DNA of 32,000 nt from Aliivibrio fischeri ES114 (GCF_000011805.1 NC_006840.2), one strand, 5' to 3'; shown: positions 9,055-19,684, counted from the first letter of the stretch. Numbers and translations are program-made. Notes: generated by a model not told the origin, from the letters alone.

Positions 9055-9630
9055 GTGGCCAATAAAGATTATGTAAAACGCGGACGCTCTCCTAAGAAAG
9101 CGACAAAAAAAACAACTAAGAAAAAAGGCGCTAAACAACCTATGTCTAATGGCTCTACGCCATGGAAAGCGGTTGCCGTTGCGGCTCTTTTAGTTATGGT
9201 TTTTGGCTACGCACTCTATTTTCTTAATGACTCACCAGAGCCAGAAGTAAAAGCACCAGTAACCGAAGTTGTTCCTGTTAAACCAAAGAAAACAACATCC
9301 ACAGAAGACATTCCACCACTGCCGGAAGAGCAATGGAGCTACATGGATGAACTGCCAAATAAAGAAATAACAGTTGAACAAAAAGAATTAAAAGTATCTG
9401 AGATCCCTTACATTATGCAGTGTGGTGCTTATAAAAACCGCTCACAAGCTGAAGAACGTAAGATGAATATCGCTTTCCAAGGTATAACTTCTACCGTTCG
9501 TCATGCTGAAGGAAGTAGCTGGTATAAAGTGGTTCTTGGTCCATATAAATTCAAACGTGATGCAGAGAAAGATCGTCATAAGCTGCAACGCGCAAAAATC
9601 GAACCTTGTGCGATTTGGAAAGATCAATAA
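9055..9630 (+). CDS. ftsN: Cell division protein FtsN (SPOR domain)
   Basis: Starts VANKDYVKRGRSPKK from GTG at 9055 (MANKDYVKRG-like); one TM segment WKAVAVAALLVMVFGYALYFL; C-terminal SPOR repeat IPYIMQCGAYKNRSQAEE...GSSWYKVVLGPYKFKRDAEKD. Confidence 0.9.
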   Translation: MANKDYVKRGRSPKKATKKTTKKKGAKQPMSNGSTPWKAVAVAALLVMVFGYALYFLNDSPEPEVKAPVTEVVPVKPKKTTSTEDIPPLPEEQWSYMDELPNKEITVEQKELKVSEIPYIMQCGAYKNRSQAEERKMNIAFQGITSTVRHAEGSSWYKVVLGPYKFKRDAEKDRHKLQRAKIEPCAIWKDQ

Positions 9631-9670
9631 AACCATCATCCGAAATCAATAACACATCACATATTTAATA

Positions 9671-9700
9671 AAAGGAGCGCATTGAGTGCTCCTTTTTTCT
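9671..9700 (+). terminator. Terminator after ftsN
   Basis: AAAGGAGCGC-ATTGA-GTGCTCCTTTTTT: near-perfect stem with T tract. Confidence 0.8.
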
Positions 9701-9710
9701 ATCCATTCAT

Positions 9711-9739
9711 CTTGAAAAGCGTCTTACCTTCCCCCATTA
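9711..9739 (+). promoter_or_regulatory. Candidate sigma32 (RpoH) heat-shock promoter for hslVU
   Basis: CTTGAAA (9711-9717), 14-nt spacer, CCCCATTA (9732-9739); consensus CTTGAAA-N11-16-CCCATnT. Directly upstream of hslV. Confidence 0.7.
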
Positions 9740-9810
9740 CAATAGTAATAATCATGAAGATGGTCGTCTTGCTTTCATTTATTGACGCCATCGAAAAAGA
9801 GGTTTTACTC

Positions 9811-10335
9811 GTGACTACAATTGTTTCTGTACGCCGTGAAGGCAAAGTCGTGGTTGCTGGCGATGGCCAAGCATCTCAAGGCGATATGATCGCAAAAGGC
9901 AACGTAAAAAAAGTACGTCGCTTATACAATGACTCAGTATTAGTTGGTTTTGCTGGTAGCACAGCTGATGCATTTATTCTGTTCGACCTGTGTGAACGTA
10001 AGCTAGAAATGCATCAAGGTAATCTAACAAAAGCCGCAGTAGAACTAGCAAAAGAATGGCGTAGTGACCGAGCATTACGTCGTCTTGAAGCAATGTTAAT
10101 TGTTGCAGATAAAACAACGTCATTAATCATCAGTGGTACAGGTGATCTAATCAATGCTGATAATGACTTACTAACTATTGGTTCTGGTGGTTACTTTGCT
10201 CGTTCTGCAGCAACAGCGCTGTTAGAAAATACCGATTTAGACGCTCGCGAAATTGCAACTAAAGCACTGACTATTGCTGGCGATATCGATGTATACACCA
10301 ACCACAACCACACAGTTGAAGAACTGAACGCTTAA
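9811..10335 (+). CDS. hslV: ATP-dependent protease subunit HslV (ClpQ)
   Basis: N-terminus (V/M)[21 protein letters not shown] from GTG at 9811 with upstream AAAGAGG; the listed 9682 start adds an unsupported N-terminus. Confidence 0.95.
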   Translation: MTTIVSVRREGKVVVAGDGQASQGDMIAKGNVKKVRRLYNDSVLVGFAGSTADAFILFDLCERKLEMHQGNLTKAAVELAKEWRSDRALRRLEAMLIVADKTTSLIISGTGDLINADNDLLTIGSGGYFARSAATALLENTDLDAREIATKALTIAGDIDVYTNHNHTVEELNA

Positions 10336-10354
10336 CCAAGAATAAGGAATTACC

Positions 10355-11689
10355 ATGTCTGAGATGACTCCTCGTGAAATTGTACACGAATTAGATAGCC
10401 ATATTATTGGTCAAGATAAAGCAAAACGTTCAGTTGCTATTGCTCTTCGTAACCGCTGGCGCCGTATGCAACTGGCTCCTGAGTTGCGCACAGAAGTAAC
10501 ACCAAAAAACATTCTGATGATTGGCCCAACAGGTGTGGGTAAAACTGAAATCGCTCGCCGTTTAGCAAAACTTGCAAACGCACCTTTCATCAAAGTTGAA
10601 GCAACTAAATTCACTGAAGTGGGCTACGTTGGTAAAGAAGTAGAAAGCATCATCCGTGATTTGACCGATGTTGCTATCAAAATGACGCATCAACAAGCCG
10701 TTGAAAAAGTAAAATTCCGTGCTGAAGAGCACGCAGAAGATCGCATTCTAGATATCTTACTGCCACCTGCTCGCGATGCATGGGGCAATAATGAAGAAGG
10801 CAATAACGATTCTGGCACTCGTCAATCTTTCCGTAAAAAACTACGTGAAGGTAAATTAGACGATAAAGAAATCGAAGTTGATGTTGCTGCACCTCAAGTT
10901 GGCGTGGAAATCATGGCTCCTCCTGGTATGGAAGAGATGACAAACCAGCTTCAAGGTATGTTCCAAAACCTTTCTGGTGGCAATACAACCAAAAAACGCA
11001 AAATGAAAATCGTTGATGCACTTAAAGCACTAACAGAAGAAGAAGGTGCGAAGCTGGTTAATCCTGAGGAGCTAAAAGAACAAGCGATCTTCAATGTAGA
11101 AAACCACGGTATCGTGTTTATCGATGAAATTGATAAAATCTGTAAAGGTTCAAACTCTCACTCTGGTGATGTATCTCGTGAAGGTGTTCAACGTGATTTA
11201 CTTCCATTAGTAGAAGGCAGCACGGTTAGCACTAAACATGGCATGGTGAAAACCGACCATATGCTATTCATCACGTCAGGTGCATTCCAAATGGCAAAAC
11301 CATCGGACTTGATCCCTGAATTACAAGGCCGCTTACCAATTCGTGTAGAACTTGAAGCACTAACTGCGGATGATTTCAAACGCATTTTAACTGAGCCTAA
11401 TGCATCATTAACGGAACAATACATTGCTCTATTAGCGACCGAAAATGTAAAAGTTGAATTTACGGAAGATGGCATCAGTCGTATTGCTGAATCTGCATTC
11501 CAAGTAAATGAAACCACTGAAAACATCGGTGCTCGTCGTCTACACACAGTGATGGAACGACTAATGGAAGAGATTTCTTATGATGCTTCTGAAAAAAATG
11601 GCGAAAGCTTAATTGTTGATGCTGAGTATGTAAGTTCACGCCTAGGTGAGCTTGTTGCTGATGAAGACCTAAGCCGCTTCATTCTGTAA
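10355..11689 (+). CDS. hslU: ATP-dependent protease ATPase subunit HslU (ClpY)
   Basis: [34 protein letters not shown], Walker [20 protein letters not shown]; immediately follows hslV. Confidence 0.97.
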   Translation: MSEMTPREIVHELDSHIIGQDKAKRSVAIALRNRWRRMQLAPELRTEVTPKNILMIGPTGVGKTEIARRLAKLANAPFIKVEATKFTEVGYVGKEVESIIRDLTDVAIKMTHQQAVEKVKFRAEEHAEDRILDILLPPARDAWGNNEEGNNDSGTRQSFRKKLREGKLDDKEIEVDVAAPQVGVEIMAPPGMEEMTNQLQGMFQNLSGGNTTKKRKMKIVDALKALTEEEGAKLVNPEELKEQAIFNVENHGIVFIDEIDKICKGSNSHSGDVSREGVQRDLLPLVEGSTVSTKHGMVKTDHMLFITSGAFQMAKPSDLIPELQGRLPIRVELEALTADDFKRILTEPNASLTEQYIALLATENVKVEFTEDGISRIAESAFQVNETTENIGARRLHTVMERLMEEISYDASEKNGESLIVDAEYVSSRLGELVADEDLSRFIL

Positions 11690-11705
11690 TCTCTCATAAC
11701 TTAAA

Positions 11706-11744
11706 AATAAAGCCTCGCAAGCATTAACTTGCGAGGCTTTTTTC
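11706..11744. terminator. Bidirectional terminator between hslU and the convergent OsmC-family gene
   Basis: Perfect 11-bp stem AGCCTCGCAAG(11711-11721)/CTTGCGAGGCT(11728-11738) with T tract after and A-rich tract before. Confidence 0.9.
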
Positions 11745-11764
11745 TAATCTTTGTTGCCTACAGT

Positions 11765-12169
11765 TTAAGCTGAAACAATCTCCCATGAGTGCGTCATTTT
11801 TACGCCCTCACCAAGCATTAAACAGACTGAGCAATATTTCTGTAATGAATCAGCAGTGACTTTCTCGACAATCGTTGAGTCTAGGTTGTTACCTGTTACT
11901 TCAAAATGAATATTAATGTAAGTAAACAGCTTTGGTGCGGTTTCACGACGCTCACTAGATAGCTTAGCAACACAAGCTGTGACTTCTTGATTCGCCGATT
12001 TAAGTCCATCAACAACATCAACAGAACTGCATCCTCCAGCAGCCATTAAGACCATTTCCATCGGGCTTGGTGCTTTTTCTCCCCCATTGCCATCCATAAC
12101 AATAGAGTGACCTGATTGAGATTGACCTAGAAAAGACAATCCCTCAATCCATTTAACTTCAGCGTTCAT
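11765..12169 (-). CDS. yhfA: OsmC-family protein, YhfA-like
   Basis: The ORF reads from the minus strand (CAT at 12167-12169, TTA at 11765-11767). Two OsmC-type cysteine motifs: GGCSSVDVVD and YCSVCLMLGEG. Divergent from crp as yhfA is in E. coli. Confidence 0.85.
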   Translation of the reverse strand: MNAEVKWIEGLSFLGQSQSGHSIVMDGNGGEKAPSPMEMVLMAAGGCSSVDVVDGLKSANQEVTACVAKLSSERRETAPKLFTYINIHFEVTGNNLDSTIVEKVTADSLQKYCSVCLMLGEGVKMTHSWEIVSA

Positions 12170-12199
12170 AAAAGCCTCTTTACTACTTAAAAGGAAAAC

Positions 12200-12217
12200 T
12201 CGTGATCCATTTCACGA
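12200..12217. promoter_or_regulatory. CRP-like palindrome TCGTGA-TCCATT-TCACGA between yhfA and crp
   Basis: Perfect 6-N6-6 inverted repeat; the core is CGTGA-N6-TCACG, a one-base variant per half of the CRP core. Confidence 0.4.
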
Positions 12218-12414
12218 AACTGTGCCCTTGGTCGCACAATTCATACGATCAAAGTCAAGAAATCAATTGCGAAACAAGGTATGATTTTGTTAATTATCTC
12301 AACGAACATGCAGCCTTGTTCCGATAACCATATTGTATAGGCCAAACTGATATTTGGCTCAGTTATTTTAAAATGGACATCGCCTACTTGGCAAACGCAG
12401 AGGAAGTATAAAGT

Positions 12415-13047
12415 ATGGTTCTAGGTAAACCTCAAACAGATCCAACATTAGAGTGGTTCTTGTCTCACTGTCACATTCATAAGTACCCTTCAAAGAGCAC
12501 ACTGATTCACGCAGGTGAAAAAGCTGAAACTCTTTACTACATCGTAAAAGGTTCTGTTGCTGTACTTATCAAAGATGAAGAAGGTAAAGAAATGATCCTT
12601 TCTTACCTAAACCAAGGTGACTTCATTGGTGAGCTTGGCTTATTTGAAGAAGGTCAAGAGCGTTCAGCGTGGGTTCGTGCGAAAAGCCCTTGTGAAGTAG
12701 CAGAAATTTCATTCAAGAAATTCCGCCAACTTATCCAAGTTAACCCAGATATCCTAATGCGTCTTTCTGCGCAAATGGCAACTCGTCTACAAATCACTAG
12801 CCAAAAAGTAGGTGACTTAGCATTCCTAGACGTAACAGGCCGTATCGCTCAAACGCTACTAAACCTTGCTAAACAACCTGATGCAATGACTCACCCAGAC
12901 GGCATGCAAATTAAGATCACTCGTCAAGAGATCGGTCAAATTGTTGGTTGTTCACGTGAAACTGTTGGCCGTATCTTGAAGATGCTTGAAGAGCAAAACC
13001 TAATTTCAGCGCACGGTAAAACAATTGTAGTTTACGGTACTCGTTAA
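12415..13047 (+). CDS. crp: cAMP receptor protein (catabolite activator)
   Basis: 210 aa, [79 protein letters not shown]...; [17 protein letters not shown]. Confidence 0.98.
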   Translation: MVLGKPQTDPTLEWFLSHCHIHKYPSKSTLIHAGEKAETLYYIVKGSVAVLIKDEEGKEMILSYLNQGDFIGELGLFEEGQERSAWVRAKSPCEVAEISFKKFRQLIQVNPDILMRLSAQMATRLQITSQKVGDLAFLDVTGRIAQTLLNLAKQPDAMTHPDGMQIKITRQEIGQIVGCSRETVGRILKMLEEQNLISAHGKTIVVYGTR

Positions 13048-13072
13048 TTTAACGTCGTTACCATAAGCAAAT

Positions 13073-13102
13073 AAAAACGCAGCTCAATGGCTGCGTTTTT
13101 TT
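13073..13102. terminator. Terminator between crp and the convergent DUF1338 gene
   Basis: AAAAACGCAGC-TCAATG-GCTGCGTTTTTTT; symmetrical A and T tracts suggest bidirectional use. Confidence 0.85.
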
Positions 13103-13121
13103 ATGTCCAAAGATAACAACT

Positions 13122-13925
13122 TTACCCGTCAGTACTTTCAAATATTTTATCCGCAGAAGCCGCGACAAACCCTTTGTATAGTTCACCATTTGGTAACTCA
13201 TAGCGTTTAGCAAATTCGTAAAATCCACCGGGGATCTCAAACTCACCATCACTAAATTTAACGATGACTTTATCCGCCATCGTAGATGATTGCTCTAAAC
13301 AAACCTCTGGAGAGCCTTTTACTTCTCCACCAACCTCATTAATGCTAAATCCAGCATTACGTAAGTGCTGATTAACATCAACCACTTCATCAAAGCCATC
13401 AAGTTGATTTACGTACACGGTAAAATGATTGGCTCCATACCCATGGGCAGCCAACCAAGAAGCGTACTCACTCTCTTTTGCTAACACCTTATATTGATCA
13501 AAACTTAAAGACCACGGTCTGCCTGAAGACAAAAAATCACGAGTTGCAAAATAATGAGCTGGAACTTGTTCTACTAATGATTTAATTATGGTTTGAGCAT
13601 CATCAGATAATTTTTCAACCAATAGCTCACTGATAAACACAAGTGGTGCATTGGGATCTGGATGCTCAAAATGTTGTGCTTTCAATTTTTTAGCAATAAA
13701 TTCATATTCATCACACGGTTTATACCCAATAGCTAAAAAGGGCGCGGCTAATGTGGATAAACCAACCTTAGGCAAATTAAACGTCCGCAAGGCAATATGA
13801 TCATTTACAATATCACCACCACTGGATAGCAATTGATGCACTTGGTCTGCCGATGGCGACAAACGTGTAATATAGTCTTGCCATAATGATGAAAAAAGTG
13901 TGTTTACATTATTCATTTTCAGCAC
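13122..13925 (-). CDS. DUF1338 domain-containing protein (VOC-like metalloenzyme family); ATG at 13916 is a plausible alternative start
   Basis: 267 aa with NDHIALRTFNLPKVGL, EYEFIAKKLKAQHFEHPDP, ANHFTVYVNQL and GGFYEFAKRYELPNGELYKGFVAASADKIFEST, typical of the short DUF1338 family. Confidence 0.75.
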   Translation of the reverse strand: MLKMNNVNTLFSSLWQDYITRLSPSADQVHQLLSSGGDIVNDHIALRTFNLPKVGLSTLAAPFLAIGYKPCDEYEFIAKKLKAQHFEHPDPNAPLVFISELLVEKLSDDAQTIIKSLVEQVPAHYFATRDFLSSGRPWSLSFDQYKVLAKESEYASWLAAHGYGANHFTVYVNQLDGFDEVVDVNQHLRNAGFSINEVGGEVKGSPEVCLEQSSTMADKVIVKFSDGEFEIPGGFYEFAKRYELPNGELYKGFVAASADKIFESTDG

Positions 13926-13927
13926 TC

Positions 13928-15385
13928 CTACAAAGTTAAACCTGGAGATAATTGCTCAGGAATCTCACATGCATCACCTTCCATTGATGCCATCGGATAA
14001 GCACAATAATCTGCCGCATAATAAGCACTTGGTTTTAAGTTGCCTGATGCACCCGGCCCACCAAATGGCGCATCACCACTTGCTCCTGTTAATTGACGAT
14101 TTCGATTCACAATTCCTGATCGAATATGCTCAACGAAATAATCCCATTCACTGTCATCGGTTGAAACTAATCCCGCAGATAATCCATAACGAGTGTCATT
14201 AGCAAGCTCCACAGCTTGCGCTAATGTGGTGTAACGTATGACTTGCAATAGTGGGCCAAAGTATTCTTCATCAGGTAATTCCGCGACATTTGTTGCATCT
14301 ATTATCCCTGGAGATACAAACGCATGACCCAAACTTCTCGCTTCCAGTAACGATTCACCGCCTAATGCTTGTAACTTTTTCTGAGCATTTAAGATAAATT
14401 CAGCCGCAGCAATGGATATTTGTGGCCCCATGAATGGCGTCGTTTCAGAAAAAGGCTGATCAACATGAATATTTTTCGTGACGTCAACTAAACGTGCTAA
14501 TAAGGCATCACCCTGTTTCCCCTCAGGAACATACAAACGTCGAGCACAAGTACAACGTTGCCCTGCACTAATAAACGCAGATTGCACTATGGTATATACC
14601 GTTGCATCTAAATCACCGAATGCTTTTGATATCACCATTGGGTTATTCCCACCCATTTCAAGAGCCAACATTTTACCCGTATCACCTGCAAATTGGCGGT
14701 GTAGGATATGGCCGGTATTCGCGCTGCCTGTAAATAAAAGGCCATCAATACCTTTAGTATTTGCTAGCGCCTCACCCGTTGCTCTCGCTCCCTGAACAAG
14801 ATTAATGACCCCTTTAGGTAACCCTGACTTCTGCCAAAGCTTCATGATCACTTCACTTGTCCATGGTGTTTGCTCTGATGGCTTTAATACCACCGTATTG
14901 CCCGCAAGTAACGCAGGAACAATATGACCGTTAGGTAGGTGCCCAGGGAAGTTATACGGGCCAAAGACAGCCATAACACCTAATGGGCGATGTCTAAGTA
15001 CAATTTTATTTCCTGCAGCTTCACGCTCTTTATAGGGGGTTCTTTCATGGTAGGCTCGAATCGATATCGCTATCTTCCCTACCATTGCACCTGCTTCTGT
15101 TTTGGTTTCCCAAAATGGCTTACCCGTTTCTTTTGCTATTACTTCTGCAATCGAATCCGCATTCTCTTTCACTAACTCAGCAAAACGTTCCACAATGGCT
15201 TGACGATTTTCAAATGGCAATTTCTTCCACTCAATAAAAGCATTACGAGCAGCATTCACAGCAGACTCAACCTGAGCCTCAGTAGCACTTTCGCCTTTCC
15301 ACACCACCTCACTGTTATAAGGACTTAACGATTGTATCGTTTCACCTTCGCCTAAAACCCAATCACCTGCAATCCAATGTGTCAT
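13928..15385 (-). CDS. astD: N-succinylglutamate 5-semialdehyde dehydrogenase
   Basis: 485 aa aldehyde dehydrogenase: [34 protein letters not shown]; next to astA. Confidence 0.92.
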   Translation of the reverse strand: MTHWIAGDWVLGEGETIQSLSPYNSEVVWKGESATEAQVESAVNAARNAFIEWKKLPFENRQAIVERFAELVKENADSIAEVIAKETGKPFWETKTEAGAMVGKIAISIRAYHERTPYKEREAAGNKIVLRHRPLGVMAVFGPYNFPGHLPNGHIVPALLAGNTVVLKPSEQTPWTSEVIMKLWQKSGLPKGVINLVQGARATGEALANTKGIDGLLFTGSANTGHILHRQFAGDTGKMLALEMGGNNPMVISKAFGDLDATVYTIVQSAFISAGQRCTCARRLYVPEGKQGDALLARLVDVTKNIHVDQPFSETTPFMGPQISIAAAEFILNAQKKLQALGGESLLEARSLGHAFVSPGIIDATNVAELPDEEYFGPLLQVIRYTTLAQAVELANDTRYGLSAGLVSTDDSEWDYFVEHIRSGIVNRNRQLTGASGDAPFGGPGASGNLKPSAYYAADYCAYPMASMEGDACEIPEQLSPGLTL

Positions 15386-15397
15386 ATTCTTTGTCCC

Positions 15398-16414
15398 CTA
15401 TTGAGCTAATAAACGTACGTAATCATCAACGTCAACTTGCAATGCTTCTGCTGCGTCTGGTGTTAAATGAACAGTATCAGTGGCTTTATCATAAGCAGCC
15501 GTTGTTGCGGTTGCTCTAAAATTTTCAAATGACGTATTTGCAATCAAATACTGTTGTGAACTGCTGTGCTCTGTAATAATTACTTTAGCTTTAAACGAAT
15601 TACGAACTGACTCTATACTGCGTAAATCACATTCAACTGTTGGGCCTGCATCAAAAATATCTACGTAGCCACGACAACGGAACCCTTCATTCTCTAAAAG
15701 TTTTAAAGCAGGTTTTGTATTATCATGAACTTTACCGATTACAGCCTGAGCTTCTTTGCTTAATAAGCTGACATAAATTGGTAATTTCGGCATTAAATCA
15801 GCAATAAATCCCTTGTATCCAATGCCAGTTAAGTAATCAGCTTCAGTAAAATCGATAGAGAAAAAATGCTTTTGTAGCCACTTCCAAAATGGCGATTCAC
15901 CTTCTTTATCTGAAACACCGCGCATTTCAGCAAAAATGGTATCGGAGAAGCGGTGAGGGTGTTCTGCCATCATCAAAAATCGAGCTTTTGACATTAAACG
16001 TCCATTCAGCCCTTCACGATATTCAGGACGAAGAAATAAGGTACAGATCTCTGTACTTCCTGTGTAATTACTACCAAATGTCAGCACTTTCACGACATTA
16101 TGCACATCTAATTTGCGAGAAAAATGCACGACTTTACTAATATGATAATTATAGAATGGTGAATCTAAACCGACAGCTGCTTCAATACCGGTTGTGCCAG
16201 TCACCTCTCCTGTAACCGAATCTTGACCAACCATGAGGTAGCCTTCAACACCTGGCTCTGTCACGTCTTTCTGAAAGCTATCTATCGAATGATCGATTCG
16301 ATTTCTTAATTGTTCTTCATTAACAGGAAGTGAAGTGAACCCATGTCCAGATTCAACGGCACATTGATGAAGGGCTGGATAATCTTCTTGAGTAATAGGA
16401 CGGATAACAAGCAT
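15398..16414 (-). CDS. astA: Arginine N-succinyltransferase
   Basis: MLVIRPITQEDYPALHQCAVESGHGFTSLP...SELCTLFL-type segment STEICTLFLRPEYREGLNGRLMSKARFLMMAEH. Conserved start at 16414; the listed ORF begins 14 codons earlier. Confidence 0.93.
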   Translation of the reverse strand: MLVIRPITQEDYPALHQCAVESGHGFTSLPVNEEQLRNRIDHSIDSFQKDVTEPGVEGYLMVGQDSVTGEVTGTTGIEAAVGLDSPFYNYHISKVVHFSRKLDVHNVVKVLTFGSNYTGSTEICTLFLRPEYREGLNGRLMSKARFLMMAEHPHRFSDTIFAEMRGVSDKEGESPFWKWLQKHFFSIDFTEADYLTGIGYKGFIADLMPKLPIYVSLLSKEAQAVIGKVHDNTKPALKLLENEGFRCRGYVDIFDAGPTVECDLRSIESVRNSFKAKVIITEHSSSQQYLIANTSFENFRATATTAAYDKATDTVHLTPDAAEALQVDVDDYVRLLAQ

Positions 16415-16481
16415 CAATATTCCCTCCGATGCCAAAAACAAAGGCAACTCGACCATGAGTTGCCTAATATTCTTTAAAGCG

Positions 16482-17699
16482 TTATTTCGTTAGAGAAGCA
16501 AGCGCCTTATCTAAGCGCTCAAAACCTAACTCAACTTCTTCTTTTGTAATCACTAATGATGGGGTAAATCGAACCACATTAACGCCAGCAACAAGTACCA
16601 TCAAACCTTGCTCTCCCGCTGCCACCAATATGTCACGAGCTCGACCTTGCCACTCTTCATTTAGAGCAGCACCAAGCAATAAACCTTTGCCTCGGATCTC
16701 TGAAAACATATGATATTTGGCGTTTAATGCCTCTAGACCAGAACGGAACCATTGCTCGCGCTCTTTAACGCCATTTAAAACTTCAGGTTTTGATACTTCT
16801 TCAACCACCGCTTCCGCAATAGCACAAGCAAGTGGATTACCACCATAAGTCGAACCATGGGTTCCTACTTTTAAATGCTGAGCTAATTCAGTCGTAGTGA
16901 GCATAGCTCCGATAGGGAAACCACCACCAAGTGATTTAGCAGTACTGAGAATATCAGGTGTAACACCTAATCCTTGATAGGCATAAAAATCACCAGTTCG
17001 GCCATTACCTGTTTGAACTTCATCAAAAATCAGCAGTGCATTGTACTTTTCACATAATGCTTTTACGCCTTTTACAAATTCAGAAGTAGGCGAAACTATC
17101 CCCCCTTCTCCCTGTAATGGCTCCATCATTACCGCACACGTTTTATCAGACATGTGTGCTTCAAGTTCAGCAAGGTTATTGTATTCTAAATGAGTAATAT
17201 CACCCGGTTTAGGACCAAAACCATCAGAATACGCAGCTTGACCGCCAACGGTTACAGTAAAGAAAGTTCGACCATGGAAGCCTTGTTTAAAAGCAATTAT
17301 TTCACTCTTTTCTTCGCTATGAACATCCACAGCCCAACGACGCGCTAACTTCAACGCCGCTTCATTCGCTTCAGCACCTGAGTTAGCAAAAAATACTTTT
17401 TCAGCAAAAGAGACTTCAGTTAACTTTTTAGCGAGTCGAATAGCTGGCTCATTGGTCATAACATTACTTAAATGCCACAACTTTTGTGACTGCTCTTGTA
17501 GTGCATTAACCATAATAGGATGACAGTGGCCTAAACAGCTCACTGCAATACCTCCAGCAAAATCAATGTAATCCTTACCCGTTTGGTCCCATACTCGAGC
17601 TCCCTCGCCTTTTACAGGGATCACTTCCATTGGGTTATAACAAGGTACCATTACATCATTAAAATCTTTACGTTCAACTTGTGAATTGGTCGTCATCAC
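16482..17699 (-). CDS. argD: Acetylornithine / succinylornithine aminotransferase (ArgD/AstC)
   Basis: 405 aa class III PLP aminotransferase: [49 protein letters not shown]. Dual argD/astC role suggested by position. Confidence 0.92.
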   Translation of the reverse strand: MMTTNSQVERKDFNDVMVPCYNPMEVIPVKGEGARVWDQTGKDYIDFAGGIAVSCLGHCHPIMVNALQEQSQKLWHLSNVMTNEPAIRLAKKLTEVSFAEKVFFANSGAEANEAALKLARRWAVDVHSEEKSEIIAFKQGFHGRTFFTVTVGGQAAYSDGFGPKPGDITHLEYNNLAELEAHMSDKTCAVMMEPLQGEGGIVSPTSEFVKGVKALCEKYNALLIFDEVQTGNGRTGDFYAYQGLGVTPDILSTAKSLGGGFPIGAMLTTTELAQHLKVGTHGSTYGGNPLACAIAEAVVEEVSKPEVLNGVKEREQWFRSGLEALNAKYHMFSEIRGKGLLLGAALNEEWQGRARDILVAAGEQGLMVLVAGVNVVRFTPSLVITKEEVELGFERLDKALASLTK

Positions 17700-18000
17700 A
17701 CTTTCCTTCTGCGTATGCCGTTATCCTGCATAATATTTACAAACCGTTAACCTTTTCAATAGCACAAAATTCTTTTTTTGAACTAAAAAAGCATTAACCG
17801 ATACAATTCAATGACTGATAAATCAGTTTTTTAGAATAGTTATAAACTCAAGCTATCGCAGCTTGCTTGATATGTAAACGATTTTATAAGAACAGAAACG
17901 CGTCACCCTATGCATAAAGTTGCACAAAAATAAAAACGTTATAAAAGTAAAGAAAAAGTAAGAAGGGTGAGCTAGATCGCTCATCATTATGAGGTAATAA

Positions 18001-18579
18001 TTATTTTTGGATAAAGTTACGTAAGATCTCATGACCTTGTTCAGTCAAAATAGACTCAGGGTGAAACTGTACGCCTTCAATAGGTAAACTTTTATGACAA
18101 AATCCCATGATCTCATCCATATCACCAGATTCAGTTTCTGTCCATGCAGTCACTTCAAAGCACTCTGGTAGCGTCTCTTTTTTCACAATCAATGAGTGGT
18201 AACGTGTCACCGTAAGCGGGTTATTTAACCCTTTGAAAACACTACGGCTAGTGTGAGTAATTGCAGAAGTTTTACCGTGCATGACTTTTTTAGCTCGAAC
18301 CACATCCCCACCAAATACTTGAGCAATGGATTGATGGCCTAAGCATACGCCAAGAATCGGTAATTTACTGGCGAAATACTTAATGGCTTCTAATGAAATG
18401 CCAGCTTCATTTGGTGTACATGGACCTGGGGAGATAACTAAATGAGAAGGGTTTAGTGCTTCAATACCTACAATATCGATTTCATCATTACGAACGACTT
18501 TTACTTCAACACCCAATTCACAGAAATACTGATATAGGTTGTAAGTAAACGAATCATAATTGTCGATCATTAATAGCAT
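18001..18579 (-). CDS. pabA: Aminodeoxychorismate/anthranilate synthase glutamine amidotransferase component (PabA/TrpG)
   Basis: [67 protein letters not shown]. Isolated from other trp genes. Confidence 0.88.
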   Translation of the reverse strand: MLLMIDNYDSFTYNLYQYFCELGVEVKVVRNDEIDIVGIEALNPSHLVISPGPCTPNEAGISLEAIKYFASKLPILGVCLGHQSIAQVFGGDVVRAKKVMHGKTSAITHTSRSVFKGLNNPLTVTRYHSLIVKKETLPECFEVTAWTETESGDMDEIMGFCHKSLPIEGVQFHPESILTEQGHEILRNFIQK

Positions 18580-18607
18580 AAAAGAACTACTTTATAAGAT
18601 GGATAAA

Positions 18608-18643
18608 ATAAAAATTGCTCGCAGGTCAGCCTACGAGCAATTG
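18608..18643 (-). terminator. Terminator downstream of trpS
   Basis: Minus strand AATTGCTCG-TAGGCTGACCTG-CGAGCAATTTTTATTTT: 9-bp stem plus inner AGG/CCT pairing, then T-rich tract. Confidence 0.8.
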
Positions 18644-18667
18644 ATGGAACTTAAATACAATAAGGCG

Positions 18668-19684
18668 CTATGGGCGAGTAACAAAACCTACTGCTTCATA
18701 CGCTTTTTTCAATGTCACAGCTGCACGCTCAGACGCTTTCTCAGCACCCGCTTTCATTACTGCATCCATATAAGCACGATCTTCACGAATACGCTTGTAT
18801 TCTTCTTGGATCGGCTCAAGCATAGTAACAATCGCTTCACCCACATCTTTCTTGAAAGGACCGTACATTTCAACACCTTGGTATTGTGCTTCGATCTCTT
18901 CAAACGTTTTGCCAGTCGCAGCAGAGTACAGACCCATAAGGTTTGAAATACCCGCCTTATTTTCCCAATCGTGAGCAATGCGTGGTGGCATTTCTGCATC
19001 CGTTTGTGCTTTATTGATCTTCTTAAGAATTGACTTAGGCTCTTCTAACAGCGTGATTACGTTCTTACGGTTATCATCTGATTTAGACATTTTCTTCGTC
19101 GCATCTTGTAGGCTCATAACACGAGCATTCACTTGTGGAATGTAAGGTTCTGGCACAGTAAAGATTGGCGCTTCTGGGCTATAAATATTATTAAAGCGTG
19201 TTGCGATATCACGCGCTAATTCTAAGTGTTGTTTCTGATCACTACCAACAGGCACTTGATGTGCACCATAAAGTAGAATATCCGCTGCCATTAGCACCGG
19301 GTAATCAAATAAACCAACATTTACATCATTTGAATGACGTGCTGATTTATCTTTAAATTGAGTCATACGGCTCAACTCACCCATTTGAGTGTAACAGTTA
19401 AGAAGCCAACCAAGCTGAGCATGCTCTGGAACGTGTGACTGAACAAATAGCGTGCTCTTCTTTGGATCAACACCAACTGCTAGACAAATTGCCAACGCAT
19501 CTAGTGTCGCTTCATGCAGTGCTTTAGGATCTTGACGAACCGTAATTGCATGCAAATCTACCACACAGTACTGACAATCATAATCGTCTTGCATCTGTTG
19601 CCATTGACGTAGAGCACCCAAGTAGTTACCGATACTTAGTTCACCTGATGGTTGAACGCCACTTAATACGATGGGCTTGCTCAT
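18668..19684 (-). CDS. trpS: Tryptophanyl-tRNA synthetase
   Basis: [28 protein letters not shown] and [11 protein letters not shown] signature. True start likely at 19684; the ORF listing starts 14 codons earlier. Confidence 0.95.
   Translation of the reverse strand: MSKPIVLSGVQPSGELSIGNYLGALRQWQQMQDDYDCQYCVVDLHAITVRQDPKALHEATLDALAICLAVGVDPKKSTLFVQSHVPEHAQLGWLLNCYTQMGELSRMTQFKDKSARHSNDVNVGLFDYPVLMAADILLYGAHQVPVGSDQKQHLELARDIATRFNNIYSPEAPIFTVPEPYIPQVNARVMSLQDATKKMSKSDDNRKNVITLLEEPKSILKKINKAQTDAEMPPRIAHDWENKAGISNLMGLYSAATGKTFEEIEAQYQGVEMYGPFKKDVGEAIVTMLEPIQEEYKRIREDRAYMDAVMKAGAEKASERAAVTLKKAYEAVGFVTRP

Noticed and set aside
10411-11547. Three antisense ORFs inside hslU
   Set aside because: Shadow ORFs opposite the well-supported hslU gene; translated sequences show no recognisable family.
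13900-15175. ORFs on the plus strand opposite the DUF1338 gene and astD (100, 105 and 61 aa)
   Set aside because: They mirror the coding pattern of confident minus-strand genes and have no homology signals.
18560-18999. Plus-strand ORFs 18560..18946 and 18757..18999
   Set aside because: Opposite trpS and crossing its terminator; Phe/Cys/Lys-rich translations typical of antisense reading.
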